A DNA stretch of 64,000 bases from Octopus vulgaris (lineage: Eukaryota): contig OX597815.1 of the NCBI GenBank assembly GCA_951406725.2, positions 25,234,001 to 25,298,000 of the forward strand, written 5' to 3'. The position numbers and the translations under genes were made by a program. The notes under the pieces were generated by a model. That model was not told where the DNA came from. It searched no databases and saw only the letters and a list, made by a program, of their open reading frames with translations. Shown here one piece after another: positions 1 through 12,003 of this stretch. Each line of letters opens with the position of its first letter. Within the stretch, counting starts at the first letter, position 1.

Positions 1-133
1 AACCACTTAAATTCATAACTTTTTTCTCAAAAAACGGTTTGTTATTGACAGATATTTATATTAAAAACTCGCTCAATAACGAACTTTCAAAAATTTCATG
101 AAACAAAAAGTTCGTTATTGACAGGTTAGACTG
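1..133. mobile_element. Probable right end of a Tigger/pogo-like element
   Basis: Repeated GTTATTGACAG/CAATAACGAAC subterminal motifs ending ...GACTG|TA. The left end is outside the window. Confidence 0.4.
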
Positions 134-452
134 TATATATATTTATATATATATAATACCACAGGCTTCTTTTAGTTTCTATCTACCCAATCCACTCAGA
201 AGGCTCTGGTCAGCCCAGGCTACAGTAGGTGAAACTTGTTCCAGGTGCCACATGGTTGGGAAGCAAGCCTTTTGCCACATACACAGCATATGTTTCTGGA
301 AGAAGCCCCACTCCCACATGATGAAAGTTATTGGAATTATCATAACTTATTTTCTTTGTCTAAAGACCCTTTTTAAGGACTTCAGTGCAGAAATTGTTTT
401 CATTGCCAGCTCTATCTTAATACAAAAAGATATTCATCTTTTATTTTTTTAG

Positions 453-510
453 GAGACAAAGCTAAAATCCAGAGTATGGTACAAATGGCTTGGACTTTTA
501 TCAATGACCA
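453..510 (+). CDS. CCNK: Cyclin K, internal coding exon (58 nt)
   Basis: Pyrimidine tract plus AG at 451-452 and donor GTAAGT at 511. Translates (G)DKAKIQSMVQMAWTFIND, matching the cyclin K cyclin-box segment GDKNKIQKLVQMAWTFVND. Earlier exons lie outside the window. Confidence 0.9.
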
Positions 511-557
511 GTAAGTGTTTTGTTCTTTTTTCTGGCTTACATTAAAGAAGATTACAG

Positions 558-978
558 GGATCTTTTCGGTTTGAATGGCAGTTTTTTCTAGCGGTATCAT
601 ATGAAATTGTAACCCATAATTATGACCCTAGTATCGATCTATTGCATTTCAATCTATTTTAGGGTTAGGGTTAGTTAGGGGTGGGAGGAAGGATATCTTT
701 TTTTCTTCACAAATGTAAATAAACCCAATCTGTTTCTTAAACAAGGGACATATTCATACGGCATAGAATGTTTTTTTACCTCAATGGATGTGAGTGATTG
801 GTTGAAATTGCAGAAATTGAAGAAAAAAACAACAAATATCTTACAAACTATAGAATTTTCTCAATAAAGCCAAGAGAAAAAGATGTTTTATAGACACATT
901 CTACCAGTATACGAAGTTTAAAATTTTTTAGTTACCTAGAAATTATGTTAAAAACTGCCGTTCAAACCGAAAAGATCC
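558..978. mobile_element. MITE with about 30-bp TIRs and 8-bp TSD (Merlin- or hAT-like)
   Basis: TIRs GGATCTTTTCGGTTTGAATGGCAGTTTTT and AAAAACTGCCGTTCAAACCGAAAAGATCC. Flanks GATTACAG and AATTACAG. Confidence 0.85.
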
Positions 979-1900
979 AATTACAGTAAGATAAAAGCAA
1001 AAAGGATAATTCAAAATATATTTGGACTCTACACATGAGAAATGAAAATACATGTCATGTATTTCGGTTTCTATCAGTTATTGATTTACTCTGATTTACT
1101 ATATTTGCCAGACATTAGGACATTATTTACATTTTGTTTTCATCTCTTTTATTTTATTCCATATTTACGTAAGTTGAACACGTTTACAAAGTCAGACATT
1201 TACAGTTTGTTTTATAGCCACATAGTAAATCTTCTCTTAAATAGGTTAAGATAAATACATTGCCCGTTCCTTCTCTAAACTAACTTCATATGTATACAAA
1301 GTTAAACTGTCTACTGTGTGGTAAATAGATGGCATAAGGAAAACTGTTAAGTGCATGAGAGACAGTTGTTCTTGTGTGAACAAAATATGTTGGATGTAAA
1401 AGTGTGATGAGTTGATGGTATAGGCTACATGGATAAGGTGGCGAGCTGGCAGAAACGTTAGCACACCGGGCGAAATGCATAGCCGTATTTCATCTGCCAT
1501 TACGTTCTGAGTTCAAATTCTACCAAGGTCGACTTTGCCTTTCATCCTTTCGGGGTCGATAAATTAAGTACCAGTTATGCACTGGGGTCGATGTAATCGA
1601 CTTAATCCGTCTGTCTGTCCTTGTTTGTCTCCTCTGTGTTTAGCCCCTTGTGGGTAGTAAAGAAATAGGTAGAGGCTACATGGATCAAATTCCACCATTA
1701 AAAACATGGGAAGAAATATGTTAGATTTGTAAATAATGAACAAGATTCATTAGAGGTACAGGATCAACATGTATCAAGGAATGTTGTTGACTAATCCAGT
1801 GGAAACTAATACAAAGATAAAAAATATTGAAACCAGTAAAAGTTGCTTGTACTCTGTTTCCATAATTCATTATGTAAATAATGTCCTGCTATCATTTCAG

Positions 1901-2076
1901 TTTATGTACAACACTGTGTCTGCAGTGGGAAGCAGAAATTATCGCCGTGTCACTCATGTATCTAGCCAGTCGACTATCAAAGTTTGATATCCAAGAATGG
2001 GATGGTAAACCACCTGGTAGTCGAATGAAATGGTGGGAATGGTTTGTAGAAGGTATTACCATGGAACTTATGGAAG
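1901..2076 (+). CDS. CCNK: Cyclin K, internal coding exon
   Basis: TTTCAG acceptor and G|GTTTGT donor. Encodes [58 protein letters not shown], similar to human [33 protein letters not shown]...RWWEQFV. Phases join the flanking exons. Confidence 0.95.
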
Positions 2077-2336
2077 GTTTGTAATATTTTCAGATATTTT
2101 CTTTTTTTACAAGTTTGAAATAATATTTACTCTTTTACTTGTTTCACTCGTTTGACTGTGGCCATGCTGGAGCACCGCCTAGTAGTCGAGCAAATCGCCC
2201 CTAGGACTTATTCTTTGTAAGCCTAGTACTTATTCTATTGGTCTATTTTGCCGAACCACTAAGTTACAGGGACGTAAACACACCAACATCGGTTGCCAAG
2301 CGATGTTGGGGGGTACACACACACAGACACATACAA

Positions 2337-2370
<34 letters not shown>

Positions 2371-2733
2371 GACTGGCTTCTTTCTGTTTCCATCTACCAA
2401 ATCCACTCACAAGGCTTTGGTCGGCCCGAGGCTATAGTAGAAGACACTTGGCCAAGGTGTCACGCAGTGGGACTGAACCCGGAACCATGTGGTTCGTAAG
2501 CAAGCTACTTACCACACAGCCACTCCTGCGCCTATTTATTAACAATTTTTATTTCTAGGCTTCAGAGACAGCCTTACCAAAATAGATATGTATTGTGAAT
2601 AAATAAAACATGCAAAGGAGTTTTACTGTAAGGCACCTGCACCTGACAAAGCATAATAAGTAAAGGAAATATGCAAATTCTAAGAATATTAGGTTTTATT
2701 GATAAAATCTTACAATTAACTCAGATGTGGAAA

Positions 2734-4441
2734 TCATCATCATCGTTCAACGTCTGCTTTCCATGCTAGCATGGGTTGGACGGTTCGACCGGGGATCTGG
2801 GAAGCCAGAAGGCTGCACCAGGCTCCAGTCTGATCTGGCATTGTTTCTACAGCTGGATGCTCTTCCTAACGCCAACCACTCCATGAGTGTAGTGGGTGCT
2901 TTTTACGTGCCACCTGCACAGGTGCCAGGCGAGGCTGGCAACAGCCACGATCGGATGGTGCTTTTTACATTCCACCAGCATAGAAGCCAGTCAAGGCAGT
3001 GCTGGCATCAGCCTCATTCGGATGGTGCATTTACATGCCACTGGCATGGGGATCACAGCTACAATTTCCATTTGATTGTTGTTTTGATGTACTTGACTTA
3101 ATAGGTCTCCTCAAGCACAACATGTTAACCTATGATCCAAGGTACTTTTGAGTGGGCTGGTTATGCAACACTGGTGTAGGTTACAGCTGTGAACTCACTT
3201 TATTTGCCAAGTCTTCTCAGTCACAGCATATCTTCAGAGGTCTCGGCCTTTTGTCATTGCCTCTGTGAGGCCCAACGTTTGAAGGTCATGCTTCACCACC
3301 TCATCCCATGTCTTCCTGGGTCTCCCTCGGTGCCAGATTCCTTCCACTGTTTGGGAGTGGCACTTCTCACATATCCCTTCATCCATCTGTAGTATATGAC
3401 CATACCAACGCAAACGTCTCTCCTGCATGCCACATCTGATGCTTCTTATGTTCAACATTTCTCTGTGGGCGCTTACACTTTGTCATGTGTACACACTGAC
3501 ATTACACATCCAGTGGATCATGCTAGCTTCATTTCTTTCAAGCTTACACATGTCTTCATCAGTCATGGCCCATGTTTCACTGTCATGAAGCATGGCAGTT
3601 CGCACACATGCATTGTACAATCTACCTTTCACTCTGAGCAAGAGGCTCTTTGTCACCAGCAAGGGTAGGAGCTTTCTGAACTTTGCCCAGGATATTCTTA
3701 TTCTAGTGGTAACACTCTCTGAGCATCCACCCCCACTACAAACTTGGTCACTCAGGTAGCGGAAGCTATCAACTACTTCTAGTTTCTCTCCCTGGCATGT
3801 GATGGAATCTGTTTACTGAGCATCTGTGGTGTTATTGCCCCTGTGCATCTGCTGCACATGAAAGCTGTCTTCCCGGTTAATCTTCCTTTGATGTTGCTGC
3901 ACCTCTTATGTGTCCATAGCTTACACTGGGTACATCTTATGGAGTTTCTACCTACACCTTTTCTACAGATTGAGCAGGGCCACCTACCTGAAGGGGTGTG
4001 CGATGTCTTCCTACTTACTAGAACTTTGGTCTTTGCAACATTGACTCTAAGGCCCTCGATCTTAAACCTTGCGTCCACACCCGAAATTTCTTCTCTAGTT
4101 CTGATAGTGATTCTGCTATGGGGGCCAGGTCAATTAGCATAGAGGAGCTCCCAGGGGCAACCTGCCTTGAATTCCACTGTTATTGCCCGGAGGATTATAA
4201 GAGGGGGGCTGATCTTTGGTGGACCCCTACTTCTACCCGGAATTTTTCACTATATTCATTGCCAACCCTAACCTTACTAACGGCATCTCTGTACAGGGCC
4301 TGTACAGCCCTTATTAACCATTCATCAGTCCCCAGTTTCTGCATTGCCCACCAGATAAGGAATTAGGGGACCCTGTCAAAGGCTTTCTCCAAGTCCACAA
4401 AAGCCAAGTATAGGGGTTTATATTTGGCTAGGTATTTTTCC
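2734..4441 (-). mobile_element. Degenerate copy of the same RTE LINE, antisense in a CCNK intron
   Basis: Frameshifted ORF pieces (GLRVNVAKTKVL...WPCSICRKGVGRNSIRC; RRLRWYGHILQM...GRPRKTW) and the same 3' UTR and tail in reverse. Confidence 0.92.
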
Positions 4442-4487
4442 TGTTTTGTATGTTTTGATTGATTTATATTTTCCTCTTATTTCACAG

Positions 4488-4630
4488 ATATATGCCATCA
4501 AGTTCTTGATTTATACTCCACAAACTCTCAGAAACGAGAAGAATCTCCACCCATGAATGCTCCACGTCAAAGCAATAACATATCGTCTAGTAAATCTCCA
4601 CAGATGTCTGCTATTAAAAGATCCAAGGCA
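4488..4630 (+). CDS. CCNK: Cyclin K, internal coding exon
   Basis: TTTCACAG acceptor. Encodes (D)ICHQVLDLYSTNSQKREESPP...IKRSKA, matching the cyclin K motif DICHQILDLYS. Donor GTAAAT at 4631, phase 0. Confidence 0.9.
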
Positions 4631-6154
4631 GTAAATATGTGTTTTTTTCTCTTCCGTGTGTGAAAAAAATGTTCTTGGTTGAAGCTTCAATTTATCATAA
4701 AAATGTATTGCATATTTTAAAGATTATAAAGTATTTTTAAATTCTCAACCACATGGTTCCAGGTTCAGTCTGACTGCATGATACTTTGGGCAAGTGTCTT
4801 CTACAATAGCTTTGGCCTGACCAAAGCTTTGTTAGTGATTTTGATAGGCAGAAACTGAAAGAAGCTTGTTGTGTGTGTGTTTGTCCCCATACCACCACTT
4901 AACCAATATTGGTTTGTTTACATCCCTGTAACTTAGTGGTTTGGTAAGAAGAGGTTTAACAAAAAACAAGTACTGCGATTGATTTTTTGAGGAGACCTAT
5001 TGAATCAAGTACATCAACATCAAACAATCAAATGGAAATTGTAGCTGTGATACCTGTGCCAGTGGCACGTCAAAAGCACCATCTGAACGTGGCCGATGCC
5101 AACGCCACCATGACTGGCTTCTGTGCCGGTGGCATGTAAAAAACACCAACCCATTGTGGCTGTTGCCAGCCTCGCCTGGCACATAAAAAGCACCCACTAC
5201 ACTCAGAGTGGTTGGCGTTAGGAAGGGCATCCAGCTGTAGAAACACTGCCAGATCAGACTGGAGCCTGGTGCAGCCTCCTGGCTTCCCAGACCCCCGTCG
5301 AACTGTCCAACCCATACTAGCGTGGAAAACGGACGTTAAACGACGATGATGATGATGATAAACCCTTCAAATCGGTACCTCAGCATGGCCACAATCCAGT
5401 GACTAAAACAAGTAAAAGATAAAAAAGAAAATATGCCCAGTATCCATTATTGGTTAAATAAAGGCTCTAGTACACTCTTTATTTTCATGTAGTGTGCTAA
5501 AGATGTGTCAACTTGGTGGAACTCAGTATTCTCCAGGTTGCTGATTTTGACCATATTTTTCCAGGACTAGGTTATAAGTAAAATGGGTTATATGCAAATC
5601 TTCACAGCTCAGCTTGTGTTGTTCCAATATGGTATAAGAATAATTTATACCATATTTTAGCGATATTTTCAGTGAAACTGCTATTACAATTTCAATCAGA
5701 AGTATTTACCATCCGATTGTGGCCATTTGCCAGCCTCATCTGGCACCTGTGCAGGTGGCACGTAAAAAGCACCCACTACACTCGTGGAGTGGTTGGCATT
5801 AGGAAGGGCATCCAGCTGTAGAAACACTGCCAGATCAGACTGGGCCTGGCACAGCTTCCTGGCTTCCCAGATCCCAGTAGAACCGTCCAACCCATGCTAG
5901 CATGGAAAACGGACGTTCAACGATGATGATGATGACATTATTGTAATTGATAAGCTGCACAAGGTCATGATCAAGCCAGTTTTACCCAATGTGTATGTCA
6001 GATATATTTGATCTAAAATAAAATATTGCTTTATTCAATTGTGATATTGTTGTTCTTTTAAGATAGAATTGTATGAATTACATAAATTTATTTTATGTTT
6101 TATGTTATTCTATGTCGGAAAGTAATTTTGTTGTTTTATTTTATTTCCTGCCAG

Positions 6155-7333
6155 ACACCTCCATCTCCATCAGAACCCCCTGCAAAACAAAGCAGGAGTT
6201 TAAGAAATGATGCTTCTTCTTCATCATCATCCTCCTCTGAGATGCCAGTTAACGACGACAACAACAACAAACGTAGCTCAGCGCAGCAATCACAGCTACA
6301 ACAACAACAACAGCAGCAGCAATCTACTTCTTGTTCAAGCTCCAAGACCTCCCCCGTGTCTTCTAATACACCTTCATCTGGATTTTCCAAATCTGTAGCA
6401 TCAATAACAGTTCAGTCTACATCACAGAACCTGCCACTACAGCCACAACCCTCTCAACAGCAAAATCCAAACCTATCACAACAGTTACCTGGACAAAATA
6501 TCGGTCAACCAATTGGAGCCATTACAGGTCAAAATATTGTGAACCAGCCTTCAGGTTCACTGATCCCTGTGAATGATAACCAAAATGTCAACAGTGAAAA
6601 CTTTTCCCAGTACAACCCATATATGACATCACAAATGTATTCTTCCTCTTTCATGTCACACGAGGGAGCACAGTCTATTCAGTCCTTAATCAGCCAAAGC
6701 CGGCCATCGCAAGTAGCTGATATTCAGTCTGGTTCGGTTAACCCTCCAGCATCACAGTATCCACCTCCACCCCCACCAGCTGGAACTTACCAAGTTCCAC
6801 CATTCCCTCCGCAACCAGCAGCTGCCTTTACTCCCACAACCAGACCCTATCCACCACCAGGAACCTTGCCTCCGCAAAATGCTAATTTGTATCAATACCC
6901 TCCCCCTGCCCCACCTGGTACATATCCTCCACAGGGTGCTACAGCAGTGCCTCCCACAAGTGGCCCACCACCTCCACCACCGCCGCCCAATCTCGGTGGC
7001 AATTACCAAACCCCTAACTACCCTCCTCCCTTACAGACCAACTATCAACCCAACTACCCACCCCCGCCGACCCAACCTTACGCTGATTCACCAGCTGCTT
7101 ATAAGCCACAAATAACTCCAGGAAAGCCTTCAGCTAACTTGTACCAGCAGCCACCACCACCACATTACCCTCCCCCCGCTGGGTATTCAGCACCCCCTCC
7201 TCCGGGAACCACAAGCCCAAGCCGCCTGCCACTACCTCGAAATACTTTACCGCCAGTTCAAAATAAGATGAATGCAAACGCAAATCCTGGCCTAGCCACA
7301 GTAAGAATAACAGGTCGACAAAACAGAAGATAG
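6155..7333 (+). CDS. CCNK: Cyclin K, last coding exon (S/Q-rich then proline-rich C-terminal tail)
   Basis: Acceptor TTTCCTGCCAG at 6144-6154 and open frame to TAG at 7333. Contains MYSSSFMSHEGAQSIQSLI (human SSYMSGEGYQSLQSMM) and the poly-Pro tail typical of the long cyclin K isoform. Confidence 0.92.
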   Translation, partial: TPPSPSEPPAKQSRSLRNDASSSSSSSSEMPVNDDNNNKRSSAQQSQLQQQQQQQQSTSCSSSKTSPVSSNTPSSGFSKSVASITVQSTSQNLPLQPQPSQQQNPNLSQQLPGQNIGQPIGAITGQNIVNQPSGSLIPVNDNQNVNSENFSQYNPYMTSQMYSSSFMSHEGAQSIQSLISQSRPSQVADIQSGSVNPPASQYPPPPPPAGTYQVPPFPPQPAAAFTPTTRPYPPPGTLPPQNANLYQYPPPAPPGTYPPQGATAVPPTSGPPPPPPPPNLGGNYQTPNYPPPLQTNYQPNYPPPPTQPYADSPAAYKPQITPGKPSANLYQQPPPPHYPPPAGYSAPPPPGTTSPSRLPLPRNTLPPVQNKMNANANPGLATVRITGRQNRR

Positions 7334-8549
7334 GAACAAATTATTTTAGAATTTCTATTTCATTCCAGGCCAACGTCTCTGTATTTGCTTTGTAATATAT
7401 GAATCCTTTCTACAAAGTTATGTCTTGAGTTTTCTTTCATGTTTTTTTTTTTGCTTGCTTTTTGTTTTATTTCAGATTTATTCTTTTAATGAGATTTTCT
7501 CATTTAACTCTTTTGTATTTAAACCGGCTGTATCCGGCCAAAATATTGTTTCTGTTTTATGTTCAAACTGGATAGATCCAACCTATCACACCTGCCCTAC
7601 AATGTCATTCTAAAAATAAACAATCGTATGGTAATTCCAAATCTATGAAATAAAACATGAGACGAGATGGTGAAGATGCCGACAACCACTTTGTTCTAAG
7701 CCTCCCTGGACCTCAAGTGGCCTGAACTCTTTACATGAACACCACCCTGTACTTAACTCCATGTCCCCCTACATGGCCTTGCTATTTGCTTTTGAGCCAA
7801 ATTAACTAACTAACTAACTAATTCAGAGAAATGTGAATAAATAAGCCTCACATTTAACAGAATAATCTGAATGCTAAAGGGTTAACTAAGCACCGTGATA
7901 GTATAGATCTCAAACGTCACTTTTCCGCCCCCTCTTTTGTGTTTGTGTTTTATTATTATTTGAATTGGTGGACTTGTTGGTACACCAGACAAAATGCCTT
8001 ACAGTATTTGTTCTAGGTCTTACATTCTGATTTCAAACCCCTCTGAGATCAACTTCACTTTTTAATCCTTTCGGGATCAATAAAATAAAGTACCTGTCAA
8101 GTCCTGGAGTCAATGGTACCCTTTCCCTTTGAAATTGCTGGGCCTTATACCTAATTATAACAATGATTATTATTTGGTTCGACAGAATCATTAGCACATG
8201 AGACAAATTCCTTGTGCCATTTGTTCATCTCTACATTCCAAGTTCAAATTCCACCAGAGTCAACTTTGCCTTTCACTTTCCAGGACTAATAAAATATGGT
8301 TACCAAACAAGTACTGAATTAACACTCATCACTTAAAATTGGTGACCTTATGCCTAAATTAGGAACCATTGTTGTTAATAATAATAATAATAATAATGTG
8401 AGTTAAGTCCATGCCTTATTTTGATAGGTTTCGGCTAGTATTGGCCCAGGCCATTTGACTTTCTGTCTGATCTTGAACTGCTTGTTATAAAACAGCTGTT
8501 CTGAAATCTATTCAAAACTGATAGACATTTCTAATTAGTGTTATGTGTA

Positions 8550-8901
8550 TCTCTATATATATAATTGGCAAAATGTCTGTCTGTGTGTATGTGTCCTTTA
8601 TACAAATCCACAATTTTTCAGTTAGAGGGCTCGCACTTTCTATGGTCATTCAAAACCGTCCAAGGGTGGTTGTGCAATATCTTTACATTTCCCCAGTTAC
8701 CCCACAAAGCCATTAAAAAATCAATAGAAGTGACTTTTTTGTGAATTTTCTATCCAAAACCCAATCAAAATGCCTGAAACTTGATATACCAATTGAATGC
8801 CAACTAGCTGTATGTGATTGGTCGGAGATTTGGACAGTACTTGCATGTATGTGTGCACGCATGCAGCTGTATATGCATGCATTGCCGGGTCATAGTGCTA
8901 G
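8550..8901 (+). mobile_element. Non-autonomous Helitron-type element (family H1)
   Basis: A|TCTCTATATATATAATTGGCAAAATGTCTGTCTG ... GCCGGGTCATAGTGCTAG|T: TC/CTAG ends in an A-T target with no TSD. Homologous to 35773-36136. Confidence 0.85.
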
Positions 8902-9208
8902 TTGTATCATAAAAAGCTTCATTATTTATCAATTTTATTCGTATTTCATTAATTATGCCAACTTTTATTTAGGTTTGATAGGAAATCTTCATATAGTATT
9001 TTTAGAATAAGTCACTTGATCTAAACTATTTCCATGGATGAAAATGAATTTAGAAGAGAAAGCTAACAGACCATCTATAAATGTTTGTGCTGTTATTTAC
9101 AGTGGTAAGTTAATTATACTGTGTGATTTAAATCTCTTCTACTGATGCAAAAAGTTTGGTGACAGAACACAAACTATGTAATAATCATCAGCATGATATT
9201 GTTGAACT

Positions 9209-9908
<700 letters not shown>

Positions 9909-10317
9909 AAACCATGCGCACGCCGCCAGACGTGGCCATTGCCAGCCTCGCCTGGCACGTGAAAAGCACCCACTACACTTGCAGAGTGGTTGGCGTTAGG
10001 AAGGGCATTCAGCTGTAGAAACACTGCCAGATCAGACTGGAGCCTGGTGCAGCCTCCAGGCTTCCCAGACCCTGGTTGAACCATCCAACCCATACTAGCA
10101 TGAAAAACGGACGTTAAACGATGATGAGAGAGAGAGGCTGTTCTTTTAAAAGTACAGAATTCGAATTCAACATCCAGGTGCAGTCGTGGCTGTGTTGAGA
10201 AATTTACCTACCAATATGATTCCAGGTTCAGTCCCATCATGTGGCACTTGGACAAGGCCAACCAAAGCTTTGTGAGTGGATTTGGTAGACAAACTAAAAG
10301 CCCATCATGTGTGTGTG

Positions 10318-10384
<67 letters not shown>

Positions 10385-10385
<1 letters not shown>

Positions 10386-10616
10386 GCGGCAAGCTGGCAG
10401 AATCGTTAGCACGCCAAGCGAAATGCTTAGCGGTATTTTGTCTGCTACTACATTCTGAGTTCAAATTCCGCCAAGGTCGACTTTGCCTTTCATCCTTTCG
10501 GGGTCGATAAATACAGTATCAGTTACACACTGGGGTCGTTGTAATCGACTTAATCCCTTTGTCTGTCCTTGTTTGTCCCCTCTATGTTTAGCCCCTTGTG
10601 GGTAGTAAAGAAATAT
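10385..10616 (+). mobile_element. SINE family C (other copies 1437-1670, 39444-39675, 48820-49050, 52984-53200 +; partial tandem dimer 37858-38260 -)
   Basis: Head GGCGGC(G/A)AGCTGGCAGAA and B-box-like GAGTTCAAATTCC. The core GCCTTTCATCCTTTCGGGGTCGATAAA resembles the Deu/Nin-type SINE domain. Confidence 0.85.
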
Positions 10617-11007
10617 ATCATCGTTTAACGTCCGTTTTCCGCGCTAGCACAGGTTGGACGGTTCGACCGGGGTCTGGGAAGCCAGGGCTGCACCAGGCTC
10701 CAGTCTGATCTGGCAGTGTTTCTACAGCTGGATGCCCTTCCTAACGCCAACCACTCCGCGAGTGTAGTGGGTGCTTTTTACGTGCCACCTGCACAGGTGC
10801 CAGGGGGGGTCTGGCATCGGCCACGATCGGTTGGTGCTTTTAACGTGCCACCAGCACGGAAGCCAGCCAAGGCGGCGCTGGCATCGGCCACGTTCGGATG
10901 GTGCTTTTTATGTGCCACCGGCACAGAAGCCATATATATATATGTGTGTGTATGTTTGTCTCCTTGTCTTCATATCTCATGAGAGTTGTAAAATGATTGT
11001 CACTACC

Positions 11008-11216
11008 TTTCGGAAACATTTTTTCACGCTCAGAGTTGCTGAAGCATGGAATAAACTGCCTGCGTCAGTTGTTGACTGCCATGACACTGCATCTTTTAAG
11101 GCCCTCATGCTTTCCGAAATCCGCCGAAACTACACCTGATTATATATACACTTTAGATGAGTTGTAGTGCCCCTGAGCACTGTACACAATTATTATTATT
11201 ATTATTATTATTATTA
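11008..11216 (+). mobile_element. CR1/L2-type LINE 3' end with (TTA)n tail
   Basis: RKHFFTLRVAEAWNKLPASVV is the CR1-group C-terminal FFxxRVxxxWNxLP motif, followed by a short UTR and (ATT)n. Confidence 0.8.
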
Positions 11217-11592
11217 TACATGCAATGCCATTCACTTCCAGTATTAAACCCATTGTTATGATCTCTTATTACTTCAGTATCACATTAAATCTATAATCCA
11301 TCACGTGACCACTCTTATGTTTATTGTACATTCATTAGGAACAAAGCTAAAAACTCTTGCATCCAAACTTTTCAACTGATTGGATACTATTTGGTTTTTG
11401 CTAATGTATAAGGGACTGGAGATTTGTTCTTTCTTTTACTTGTTTCAGTCACTGGACCACAGCCATGATGAGGTACTGTCTTGATGGGTTTAGCCAAAAG
11501 AAATCGACCCCAACATTGTTTTTAGAAGTTTGGTACTTATTCTGTCTCAACACTAATTGCCAAGTAGTGGTGAAAAACAAAGATACAGACAC

Positions 11593-12003
11593 AGCACCAT
11601 CCGTTCGTGGTCGTTGCCAGCCTCGCCTGGCCCCCGTGCCGGTGGCACGTAAAAGCACCATCCGTTTGTGGCCGTTGCCAGCCTCACCTAGCCCCCGTGC
11701 CGGTGGCACGTAAAAAGCACCATCCGATCGTGGCCGTTGTTAGCCTCGCCTGGCCCCCGTGCCGGTGGCACGTAAAAAGCACCATCCGTCCGTGGCCGTT
11801 TGCCAGCTCCGTCTGGCACCTGTGCGGGTGGCACGTAAAAAGCACCCACTACACTCACGGAGTGGTTGGCGTTAGGAAGGGCATGCAACCGTAGAAACAC
11901 TGCCAGATCAGACTGGGCCTGATGCAGCCTTCTGGCTTCACAGACCCCAGTTGAGCCGTCCAACCCATGCCAGCATGGAAAGCGGACGTTAAATGATGAT
12001 GAT
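11593..12003 (+). mobile_element. RTE 3' UTR fragment with tandem subrepeats (other fragments near 4990-5358, 5708-5935, 9920-10127, 10618-10930, 12174-12405, 19343-19828, 27963-28445, 31150-31592, 36160-36405, 48485-48615, 58204-58490, 63815-63897)
   Basis: Near-identical to 35200-35577. Shares the GTGGCACGTAAAAAGCACC units and the GGACGTTAAACGATGATGAT tail. Confidence 0.9.

Noticed and set aside
658-686. Telomere or chromosome-fusion relic
   Set aside because: Only about three units, and they are enclosed within a MITE.
2727-3101. Recurrent ORFs with [19 protein letters not shown] or LLSVSVYQIHSQG peptides
   Set aside because: Antisense translations of RTE 3' UTR and SINE copies, not a gene family.
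4625-4636. Alternative GC donor AAG|GCAGTA in CCNK
   Set aside because: A canonical GT donor 3 nt downstream keeps the frame. The two cannot be distinguished without transcripts.
11593-11850. Regularly spaced repeats that superficially resemble a CRISPR array
   Set aside because: The spacers are themselves homologous, the array is part of the RTE 3' UTR, there are no cas genes and the context is eukaryotic.
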